From Paramecium tetraurelia (Eukaryota): a stretch of DNA of 39,785 nt. The notes under the pieces were generated by a model. That model saw only the letters and a list, made by a program, of their open reading frames with translations, did no database searches and was not told where the DNA came from. The stretch's first letter is position 1; every line of letters begins with the position of its first letter. The translations under genes were made by a program, and so were the position numbers. The stretch lies in assembly GCA_000165425.1 (NCBI GenBank), contig CT868666.1, positions 310,001-349,785 on the forward strand, given 5' to 3'. Shown here piece after piece: positions 1 through 12,100 of the stretch.

Positions 1-1244
1 TGGCTGGACAATTTAAGGAAGTCAAGTTCCTAGCAGATCCTCTTGAGTATCTTAGATTGTATGACATGCTTGAACAGGACGAAAAAGATATTTGTTTTGC
101 TGTTCGTAAATTTGCATAGGAGAAAGTATTATACAATTAATAATAAGGCTGCTCCAACCATTAATAAGTACGTAGAAGCAGCTGAGTTTCCCACAGAAAT
201 AGTGGAGGCTTTAAAACCATTGAAGTTGATTCATAAGACCAACACATATGTGAAAACAGGTTTGGCCTATTTAGAATTAGCCAAAGTTGATGCTGGTTTG
301 TCCACCTTCTATTTGTTAATGTAAGAGTGAGAATGATTAATTAGTTCATCATTGGTACCTCACAGTATTGAAACATTTGGTTCAGAAGAATAAAAATAGA
401 AATACTTAACCAGGATTAAGGATATGGATATTTTGGGAGGATGGGCATTAACTGAAAAGGAGTATGGATCTGATGCATCGAGCATTTAAACTACAGTCAA
501 AAAGGTGCAGGGAGGATACTTATTGAATGGCAACAAGAGATGGATTGGAAATGGAAATAAGGATATTTTAGTTGTTTGGGCCAGAAATGCTGAGAATAAC
601 AACATAGAAGGATTTATAGTGGAAAACAAATGGGCTGGTGTTCATGCAGAACCAATCAAACATAAGTTAGCGTTGAGAATAGTTTAAAATTGTTAAATAA
701 CATTCAAAGATGTGTTTGTACCTGATGAAAATAGGATGCCAAAAGCTAAAGACTTTTAGAATGGAGTGACTTAAGCTTTGTAGCATTCAAGAGTAGGAGT
801 ACCTTGGATAGCCTTGGGAATATAAGCTGGAGTATATGAGAATGTGGTGAAATTTACAACCAGAAGAAAGTAATTTGGAAAACATGTTGCTGGATTCTAA
901 TTATAATAAGAGAGATTGGCAAGGATTTTGACAACATTCTAAGCTAGTTTTCTGATGGTCATACAGGTTTCAAGATTGGCATAGGAGAAAAAGGCAACTT
1001 TGGGATAGATTGCAGCTGTGAAAGCGTGGGTTACTGATAAAACTAGAGAAGTGGCTAGATTGGGAAGAGAGATGATGGGAGGAGACGGAATCTTAATTGA
1101 AAATTACTGTATTAAGGCCTTGACCGATGCTGAAGTGGTTTATACTTATGAGGTAATTATAAACTAAATATCTCATAGGGATCTTACGATATTAATAGTT
1201 TGATTGCTGGAAGGGAAATCACAGGCTTGTCTGCATTCAAGTGA
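1..1244 (+). CDS. Acyl-CoA dehydrogenase-fold enzyme, ACX4/glutaryl-CoA dehydrogenase-like (the A of the ATG probably lies just outside the window)
   Basis: Code-6 translation (M)AGQFKEVKF...ELAKVDAGLSTF...FGSEEQKQKYL...GGWALTEKEYGSDAS...LNGNKRWIGNG...RKQFGKHVAGFQLQQERL...REMMGGDGILIEN...[25 protein letters not shown]. Introns at 126-147, 321-344 and 1153-1178. Confidence 0.93.
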
Positions 1245-1314
1245 GTTTGATATAGAAGATTATATATATTATTTTAAGTTTCTTGAAGAAGTTGACATTA
1301 ATAAAATTATTATA

Positions 1315-3394
1315 ATGAATAAAAAGAGTAAAACTCCTTAACAATCATCTTAACCCTAAAATCAACAAATAAACCAACCTTCTCCATTGATGTAGCCATT
1401 GTCTTTTCAATCAGGACCGTCTCCATCCTAACCGGATACTTCAGTATTAGATGAATCCGGTGGGGAGAGTGTAAAAGTTGCATTGCGAATTAGACCAATG
1501 AACTAATTAGAGCAAGGAAGAGGGGATGAATAATGTATCAAAGCAATATCAGATTCAAATTGTTAACTCTACTATAAGTAATTCGCGATCTTAATTAGCA
1601 AAGAGGAGTAGCAAAGTAATTTAGATTCAATTCTGTTCTGGATGAGAGGTGCACTTAATAAGAAGTGTTTTTGAAATGCAATATTTAGGAATTGCTAGAT
1701 GCTGCCCTGGATGGATATTCAGCCACAATATTTGCATATGGTTAAACCGGATCAGGTAAAACTTATACGTAAATTTTCAATTTTAATATTCAAGCATTTC
1801 TGGAGTTGAAGAACGTTTGGCTAGAGAAAAGTATATTTCTGATGAGTCTGAAGGCATCATTCCCAGAGCTACTAGATATTTATGGTAGATAATGGCACAA
1901 AGAGCAGAACAATTCTATGTGAAAGCCTCGTTTACAGAAATATACAACGAGTAGTTGAGAGATCTGCTAAATCCTGCTTCTGGAATCTTGCATTGCAGAT
2001 GGAATCTATAAAATGGATTCTTTGTTGAAGATTTGATGATTGTTGAATGCACTTCATTCTCAGATATCCAAGCAGTATTGCATGAAGGAATGAGAAATAG
2101 AAAGTAAGGATCTCATGAATTAAACAAAGATTCAAGCAGATCTCACTCAATATTGACTGCTTATTTAATTGGAGAATAGAATATTGATGGATAAATCGTT
2201 AAAGTATAATATTATTTAATATTTATTATAGAGATATGGAAAATTTTCATTCGTTGATTTAGCAGGTTCAGAAAGATTGAAGGAATCCAAATCTTAAGGG
2301 GATATGATCAAAGAAACTGGTAACATTAACAAGTCTCTATTCACTTTGGGTAAGGTCATCAAGTCGTTGAGTGACAAAAAGAACAAACTCCCTTATATCC
2401 CCTATAGAGATAGTAAATTAACGATGCTTTTGATGGATTCATTGGGGTAATATAAGTGTTTTAATATTAATAGAGGAACTGCTAAGGCTTTGATGATTGC
2501 TTGTGTATCTCCTTCTGCTGCTTATTATGAAGAAACATTGAGTACTATAAATTATGCCACTTCAACTATGAATATCCAAAACAAACCAGTAATCTCGATG
2601 GGCGAGAAGGATTAAATCATATACAACCTCACCAGGGAGCGAGACTTACTGAAGATGGAAAATCAGTATCTTCGAGAACAATTATAAAGGTAAGGATGAT
2701 CGTTATTTAGGTATACAAATGGGTTGCCTATAGAAATTCCAAATTTCAATGATAAGAATGGATAGAAGAAATAACTGCCTCCTTTGCCATCCAGACCTAT
2801 TAGTCATAATTAAGCTCTTAATAGTTAGCAGAATGGATTTGATCAATAGGTTAATTCTAATAACAGTAAGATTGATTTGCCAGTCAACAAGATTTTACAT
2901 GAGTATTAGATGGAAATCAATAAACTAAAATAAGAAAATGATGAATTGAGAAATGCTCGTGATGTTTCTGTCAAGAACTATCACATTGTTATGAATGAAA
3001 ATAATGCTTTGTAACTGAAATTAGAGAATTTAGAATAGATCTTTATTGGGAATCCAATTACTAAAGGGGATCAGGAGAAGTCAAAGATTCAAGAGGAATA
3101 TATGTCAAGTGCTTTATTGATAGAAAATAGCGATTTAAAAAAAAAAGTGGCATCGTTAGAGGAGAAGAACATGGAGTTGGCTTAAGTATGATAATCGATT
3201 TTATGTTATAGATTGCCAGAAAAAATCTTAATGGAAAGAGTAGCGACCCGAATGATTTACATGAAATAGTTTAATTGAAACAAACAAATAATTAGTTATA
3301 ATAACGTGTAGAATTTTTATAAGCTAGAGAACGGGACTTACTTGAATAGATTATGAGATTGTAAAGACAACCTAAGGCTTATGCTGGATTTTGA
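1315..3394 (+). CDS. N-terminal-motor kinesin, KIF12/kinesin-16-like, with C-terminal coiled coil
   Basis: [10 protein letters not shown]-loop [18 protein letters not shown], switch I SSRSH, switch [41 protein letters not shown] resembles KIF12. Several tiny introns (e.g. 1578-1603). Ends KAYAGF*. The subfamily call is less certain than the kinesin call. Confidence 0.92.
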
Positions 3395-3770
3395 TAATAA
3401 ATTATATATTTTTGTATTTTCAAATACTACACATTTAGGATCCTAACAACTAATTAAATGATTAATTTATAAACGTACTATTTTTAGAAATACATCAAAT
3501 GATTAGTAATGATTTATTGAATTGGGTGCGTAAATTTGAAATTCAATTTTATCATCAAATAAAATTTATTCTTATCATAAATTCATTTATCTGACCAATT
3601 TTAAATCTCTCACTAATTCCTCTAAATGTAAGTGAAGACTCAAAATAGGGAGGAGAGTCTACGGATAAATAATTATATATCTATAACTGCTGGAAAATGC
3701 TAATCTTATTTCTCAAATGAATATTAAATAAATAAGATTCAATAAATATCAAGTGTGTTAAATTATGTAT

Positions 3771-4391
3771 TCATTATTGGACAAGAAGTTCAAACGATTC
3801 TTCCTGATATTAAATAGAAAGAGATTTCACAATTGGTGAAAGTCCATGTGAATCTAAATTTGAAAGACGATCACTCTCTTAATCAGATTCCTACAATAGA
3901 AATTATTTTTACAGAAGTGAACCCCTCTTAATCGAATGGATTCAAAACATTTTGAAGTTTTATCTTTTTTATCTTTTCTAATATATCGTTAAAACAATGT
4001 ACCAAATTTGATCGATTCATCATCAGAAAGGTCATATAATGATTATATTCGAATAACTTACAATAATTGGGAGTTAAACGAAAATATAATGCTCTGGGAC
4101 TGGTACCTAATTTAAATCACCCTATTGTCATTATCCTCCCAATTAACTTAATGCTCTTTTGATATTATTGCCTTAAACTCAATAAGTTGGTCTATATTAG
4201 CAAAATTATATACTTTCATTCACATCAACAGATATGTTGCCAACCCAAAATGGATAAATATCTGGGTTTGTAGATAATTGTAGGCCATCTGAAGGGTTCC
4301 ATAACCCTAGCTCCTTCACGCTTCCAACAACGCACACAGACTCACTTAGAGTAGTTTCACATCTAACTTTAAAATTCAATTTAATTGCCAT
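3771..4391 (-). CDS. CBM20 (starch/glycogen-binding) domain protein with short Ser/acidic tail
   Basis: MAIKLNFKVRCETTLSESVCVVGSVKELGLWNP...LSTNPDIYPFWVG...IEFKAII...VNWEDNDNRVI matches the CBM20 pattern (GS..ELG.W, YP.W, WE...NR). Three tiny introns restore the frame to a TGA at 3771. Confidence 0.85.
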
Positions 4392-6148
4392 TAAACTGAG
4401 TTTTTCGAGAAATATTGATGTATTATTATTAATATTTATATCGAAAAAAATGATCCTTAAGAATTAGCGATTTTTTTCTAATATTAATAAATAACTTATA
4501 AATTAATTATAGATAGGAATTCGAATTCTCTTTTGAATAAATCTACTTCATCAAAAATAGATATTTTTTACCCGAAAGTTAATTCTCCAATACCCTCCCC
4601 ATCTTCACATCAAATCACCCTTTCAAATCAAATATTAACACAAATAACATCTAATGAATATTTAAACTCTAAATTACATAATCCAAAAATACAAACAGTT
4701 AACTTATCAATTTTAAGTTGATACTAATAACTAGAAATTCATTTCAAATTTTATTTACTCTCAGGGGTTGTTAATAATTATGAGAAAAACTTTAAGTTTA
4801 TATTAATATTTTATATCAGAAATATTATCATAAATTAAGCAAAGTTAATATATAGAAATTTTGATCAAATATCAAAACTATTCGTTTGTTTAGAACAAAA
4901 TATCAAATTTCATTTCGTTTATTTTAATTAATTTTATAAAACAATTTCATCAACTACGTCCAGCAATCTATATTTAGTTATAAATTATGAGTAGACATAA
5001 TTCTTTTTTTGATTTCTTTACTTTCAAAAAATCTAATAAAATTTTCTTTAAAGTTATATTTTTATAATACTGACTCTATTAGCCCAGATAATTTCATTTC
5101 AAAATATAATCCTCTTGATACCGTTTCATATTATTAGCCATTTTTTTTACTTATATTACAAATTAAATCTCCTTAATAATACAATTAACCTTATTTCAAT
5201 TATTATTAATCACAAAAAATTGTAAAGGAATTATTCTAAAATCAGCTTAGAAGTATGATTAATTTTGCTATTTCATTATCAAATAGATTTTAATCAGAAA
5301 GTTGTAATTATTTCTTCAACTTTTTATTCTATAGAAGATAAAATTACACATTTAAAACCGATTTGAAGGATTTTTCAGTTAATTTAGAAAAGAGGAAGTG
5401 AAAAGGAATATTAGGCTTTGATATATTATAAGAAGAGGTCATAGGATGAGCATTTTGATTATGAATGTTATTAAACTATATCATTAAGCTAAAATACTTT
5501 TCCAATAAATATTTGGATTCTCAATTAATTAAAAGCATAAAATACCAATAAAATTATTATTTAGAGATAAATACGTATTTTTCTAAATCTGGAACTACAA
5601 TAAATTAGATTTCCTAACATACTAATATTACCTTTTAGATAATTAGACAGAAGTATTTCAAAAAATTATTGTATTATTATTGTTTCATATAGTAATAAAT
5701 ATATCTTGTTTCGCGTTTCAATTAATAATTGAATATATCCTGTATTGAATTATGATTACGATTTATATAAAATATTATTCTTTAATTTTAGCAAATTAAT
5801 TGCATTTACGTTTAATTAATCATAATTTATATCAAATATTTTAGAGAATTTATTACTCTTAAGAATCAATGTTAATTTTCCTTCGAATCCAGAAAAACTT
5901 ATATAAATTCAAATTGTACAAAGATTTTTCTTGCTGTTAGAGTAAAATTGTTTTCAGTTATTTACTTTCTAATAACTTATTTAATATTTTTATTTAGGTC
6001 TGTATATTTTAATAAATTAAATTTAATGGAAAATTTAGATAGAAATATAGATATTTATTTTATATCCTATTAAAAAATCCTTATATATTATATTATATAA
6101 ATTTATTTATTTTGTATATATCATATTTCCAAATAATTCATTTAGAAT

Positions 6149-9100
6149 TCAAATTTAATCTTGTTAAATTGTTACTGATTCGTATTCTTTTTAGATTATT
6201 CCATCAAAATGGTGAATCAAAGATTATTTCTTTTGATCTTCAATAATGGAATTTTCTAGCCTGCAATTTTCTGTCATTAATTATTGTAATTAAGGATAAG
6301 TCTTATAACAACCGACAAACTAAATTATATTAAATTTTATACCTTTTAATTTTAATTCTCATAAATTGAATTTGATTTATTATATGTTAATATTAGCAAG
6401 AGATTTCCCTTTAATTCTAGTGCAACGTCTAATTTATTAGGAGATACTACTATAGATAAGATATCATAGGTAATCTGAATACTTTGTATCAATTTTTCTT
6501 TTTTCTCTTCTTAAACATCCCAAAATTATACTAAATTGTTTTCAGAACATGAAATAAGTATTTTATCATCCTTAGTGTATATAAGATGTTTAATTGCCTT
6601 ATGGGTTAACCAAGCGATATTTTATTTTTCAGTACTTATTTTGTATATTCTTATTAAACCATCCTTCCAACCTTATGCTAAATATTGGCCATTATTTGAA
6701 AATACTGCAATAAATTCATTTAAATTGTGATTAAACAACTCCTTCTTCGAACCATCGATTAAGCTGTAACTATTCCATGTTGTATATTGATCTATCTTAC
6801 TTTCAAACAGAACTTAGTCTTTAGAAAAGTAATTAAGAAATTTTTCTGACTTATCCAACTTTATGAGTTTTACTTATTTTGAATAGAGTTTTAAATCAAT
6901 TACTCTTAATTATTAGTTGAAATAATAGGTTAGATATTTTCTACCGACATAATTTATTTGAATTAGGGTTTATTCAGTATTATCTAATTTCGTATGAAGT
7001 TAAATAAAAACTTCATAAATAGGTTTTGCATCCTCCTTGATTAAATCATGATTTTTATATATTTGCAAGAGATTATTATCTTTCGAATATTTATAAGAAT
7101 ATCTAGAGAAAACTTAATAAACATTATATCTTTTATCAAGATATTGTACATAATATTCATCGCTATCATATGAATATAAAAAGATTTACTCTGCTGATAG
7201 ATTAAGAGTATTGATCACTTGTTTTGTTCTTACATCAAAAATTAAGATTTTGGTACCAATTTTTGAATTATATTATTTGAATAAGGCTATTTTTGTACCA
7301 TTTGAAAATACTTTATGTGTAAAAGTTGTTGGAAATATTAGATTTACAGTCTAAGTATGAAATAACTCATAACTTTTAAAATCTTTCAAATCATATATAT
7401 GCAAATCACCTTGTTCCTAACATGTAATCCCCATTGAGTTATCCAAGGTTACAAAATCACATTTATATAGTGTGTAAACATTTTTATATAAATAATTTTT
7501 GAAAGAACGTTTAATTATTTATTTTTCACCATTTTACATATTCCTTACTATGATTGTGTTAATGTCTCTAGAAATCATATATTTTTCATCTTGGGAAAGG
7601 GAAATATATAAAATTTCCGATTAATGATCTTTAAATTCTTATGACATTTTTTCTCTGGTTTTCATACTATATATAGTAATTGAATTATCTAGTTTTGAGA
7701 CAGAATAAAATTTTTTTTCTTCAGGAAACAGACCTGCATAATGAACATTTTCGATTTAATTATAAAGGTTAGTATCATAACCCTATTTTTGAAATTCTTT
7801 TATATCATACATGCACAAAACATTGCCTTCAATTTGTGAAATAAAGGATTGTTGATAAAACATTTTTTTTGTTTATTCCTTAAGGATTGGTATCTTAAAA
7901 AGGCTTTTTACATTACTTAAAACTGTTACATCCCAAAATTTTAGGTAATATTCATCCTTTAACATTGATATATCCCAATTAGTTATTCGACATTATTTTT
8001 TCTTTAGAGTAACCAAATAATTGCTTTCTGATAAAAATGATATCGGGGTTAATTTTTAGAATTATTCAGGATTGTATTTTGAACGAGGATTGGATAAACT
8101 TTAGAAGATAACATTGTTATTTTATTAATAGACAATATATTGTCCATCTTGGGTAAAAAATGGGTTTGTAGCCATATATCCAAAATTTTCTGGATAATAC
8201 AATTTAATATTGTATTCTGTTTAAGATATTCGAATAGTCGATCTTTCAATTTAAACTATTTATTAATCTGCTGTCGCATAAGCATTAGGGTAGTAACTAC
8301 CTTAAATATTCTTAGTTTAATTTTCTTTACAATTTATTATTTTGAGATTATTAGAAGTAACGGCTAAAATTTAATTTGGATCTTTCAAAATTGTTAGATT
8401 ATATATGTTATTCTGAATATTAAATTTATATAAAAATTTGATTTATTCTTCCCAATTGTAGCATTTTATTTGATTATCTTTATATATAACAAAGTTCTTA
8501 TTATCAAGAGAAGTTGTAAATAAACTACCATGTAATCGTTCTAAATTTTAGTAGTTTTAAAGAGATATAAAATCAATAAATTTATCAGATATTTTTGCTA
8601 ACAGTTTCTCATTGTGATTCAATCCAGCGATGTAATAATCCTAATTGTTCCAATTTTCAGAAAAGATTCTTGTTTTTTCAAGATTTAAAGAATATTGATA
8701 AAGGAAGTCATAACTTCGAATTAAAATCTTACCAGTTTCTAGAATGTACAAATTTGATATTTCAATATCTATAGAAAATGTCGACATCTAAATTAGTTTC
8801 AGTTCCTCGGTGATTAAATAAATAGCTATTTATTAGTTATTATTAAATGCAAGAAAATGACCACTTTCAGATAAAGCTAAATGTGTTTAAATACCCTTGT
8901 CCTTTTTTTTGATACACTCAAATTTATTCAAAACCTAGGTTTATTAATTTGGTATCATCGTAACCATAATTTCAGTTATTGTTTCAACTACAATTATGAT
9001 ACATGAAACCCTCCCAGGATAAACTCGTTCTGTAATTGCAAATTAACAAAATTTTAACGACATGATTACTTTTCTATCATCTATATCAGCAACTTCTAAA

Positions 9101-12100
9101 ACATTGGAAGACTTTATTGTATAAACTATAAAGTGCTTACTAGCAAATTCTATATTCTTATCTTGTTCGTTAAAAGTAGCAACTTTAGTTTAATCTCCTT
9201 TTTAGAAATTTTTAAGTATTATGTTATTTCCTTATTTAATTGCCAAGTATTAGAATTATTTTTAATTTTAATTTAGATTTAAATTTTGATTTTCTCCTAC
9301 TATCTTGAAGAGTTGAACAACAGCCATTTATTATGTTAAACTATTAATTTCTTAAGAATCGAGAAATCTAATAATTTAAGCAGTGAAATCATATAAGATT
9401 TTATACCAAATGATTGAATTTTCAGTCTAAACTACGAGCTCTAAAGTTGATTCAAATACTATGTCAAGGCATTTTAAATTCTTTATGCAATAATTTTGAT
9501 TAAGGTTATCAGTATTCCATATTACAATCGAATTATCATAACTACAAGAAACTAGCAATGATTCATTCTCATTAAACAGAACTTAATAAATGTCTTAAGT
9601 ATGTATCTCTTATAACGTTATTGTTTAATTATTTTTTAAATCTCTAATCTCTATAAGATTGTTAATGCCTAAGCAGATTTATTCTCCATTACCAAAGAGA
9701 GCAAAACAACCAATAGTTTAATCTTTTAAACATCGTTATTCTGGGCCCTGATCATATTATATTCCATCTCGTTATATTTATACATTGTAAATATTTACCT
9801 GTTACTTATTCTGCTAAACAGCAATTTTTATGGTTTAATCTACTACTATCCATTTATATGATTATCTTAAGTTTTACACATATCCGTTGATAGATCCCCT
9901 AATAAGATGGCTTTGATTAAATTGATTCTCCATCATGAAGGAATCCATTTGATTCACCATCTGCATTCCCATGATGTTATTTTATATATACCAAAACCTA
10001 ATCGTTTTATCTTGGTTATATGAAACCATGTATTAATTGGAACAAAAATACATAGACAAAGGTTGACAAGATTGTAGCGGTATTCTATCTTTACAGTTTG
10101 GATAATTTTCATAAACCTCAATAAAGTTACCCCTAGCAACAAATAATTGGTGAATTTTTATTTGTTGCTGTTACCATTAATTCATAGTCCATTCCTAAAT
10201 GGCCATGCAATAAACATCCCTCATTATTATGTCGTCATTTAATTCAATAATTTTACTTATATCATGGAATATGATATATTCGTTTCGAATGGAAACCAAA
10301 TAGTCTTCCTTATTAGATTGTTGTTATAGATTAGGATTTTCCCCTTAGCTAAAATTTAAAAACCTTGGCAATTAACCATTAACCTTTTTTTTTGACGATA
10401 ATGCATTAACTCTTTCATATCTATCCTAAGTTCTTAGCCATACAATTACTTACTCTTCACTAGTGGATATGAGTAAAGAAACAAAACCTGGAATTGTAAA
10501 ATATTCTTAGTTGTTTGGTTTGAATCTCAATGTTTTTTCAGAAAGTGATTTTATTGCACTTTAGTGATCATTTTTTGATATTAACATTATTTATCTAATA
10601 TCCCATATAATTATTTCTCCATTTTAGTATCCTATAAGTGTTTCGCCATAGGACATTGGCTTAACACATGAGAATTTCGTTGATTTATCAAAGATTGTTG
10701 ATTTAATCCATTCTGGTTTGGATTAGATGACATTTTTTAAATTATAGGTATACCACTCTCCGTACAAACCAGCTTCACGAAAAAGTAATTTGTCTTCTCT
10801 ATCATAAAAAGAGGATAAAAATGCGTTAGCCCTGTTATAGAAGCTAGGCTATGGAATAGTTGCTACTAACCTTATATCATTTTTATTAAGATGGTAAATT
10901 TGATAAAACCATAAAAAGTCAACCAACAATTTAGTTGAATCAGATGAAAAATTAAAAATTCTAACATTTAAATTCTCATTTATTATCTTATGTATTTTTT
11001 AAGTTTGCAGATTCCATAACTTAACTGACTACTTATCTTAAGAAATTAAGTATGAATTATTTGTTAAAGGTCTTGTTAAAATTACAGGTGCTTAATTTTA
11101 GTTTTTGAAATCTACAAAATTATTCCAAGGAATTTCAGTCCATATTACTCTTTACAAACTGGTATTATTAAAATTGCAATAATTGATACTTACTTCTTTA
11201 AACATGGATTAATCCAAATTACTTCCAAAGAAATTAAGGCCGGAAAGATTAGTTTTGTTTAATTTAATTCCTCTTAGATCTTCGTTTATTAGTTCAAATC
11301 CCAACATATTGATCAATAATATGCTATTAGAACCTGCTCTGATAAATATTTCATTTCTTGATAGCAATAATATTTTTATCAAGGTTTATTTGATATCTTT
11401 CTAATTTTACAATTCAGGTGTTATATTAATTAACACCTGTTAAAATTAATCAAGAGATAAATTGAATTCATCCTAATTAAATTAACTTGACTCAATATCT
11501 TTCTCAAATAGTTTTTTTTTGAAATCTTTTGAAAAATCCTTTATTAATTTTAAAATATATTTTCCCACAAAGTACTCTAAAATTGATTAATTGACAAATG
11601 TGTAGCAATCATTATCAAGCTTATTAAGGAGGCTTAACTTTATTAATAGGTAATTATGAGGATCATGAGTAAAATAGATTGTCAAAATATTCTAAATTTC
11701 TTTTTTGTCTAATTAAGGGGGTTGCTTTTTAATCATTTGAACAGCTAATAACATTTAGAACTTATTTAGATTTTTTGAAAATTCTTGACTAAAGTTAAGC
11801 TTTTTTTAGTTCTCTTCTTGTTTCATTTACCTTTGATGATATGAGGTTACAAATAATTTGTAAAATTGATATTAAGTAAATTAAGTTTGGTTTGCAGCCT
11901 ATTTAATAAGACTTTATTCCACTTCTGAAAATTCATCGCTTAAATTTTCAAATGAAAAATTATCAAAATATTTCTTCTCTCTTAACGCAATCATTAAATT
12001 ATTAACGTATTCACTATAGTCTTACATATTTTCTTTTTCCTTTTAATCAATAGATTTAATTTATTCAATCTTTAATTTTTATAGTGCAATGTTAAACATT

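Noticed and set aside
1932..2150. ORF-track minus-strand 72-aa ORF, and similar antisense or off-frame ORFs at 6536, 8049, 8140, 9954, 15151, 18054, 18233, 21511, 24921, 25512, 26546, 31171, 31730, 31777 and 32858
   Set aside because: They are shadows of, or overlap, well-supported code-6 genes, and arise from using the wrong stop-codon set.
4533..4721. 62-aa plus-strand ORF in the long spacer, and a protein-like minus-strand frame over the same bases
   Set aside because: The plus ORF has a non-ATG start and no recognisable motif. The minus frame contains TGAs. It may be a decayed fragment but I cannot support it.
4392..6148. Retained IES or non-coding RNA gene in the long AT-rich spacers (also 29072-30039 and 36353-37400)
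   Set aside because: TA dinucleotides are ubiquitous, and I saw no clear paired TAYAGYNR ends or tRNA/rRNA/snRNA structure. A MIC/MAC comparison or covariance-model search would be needed.
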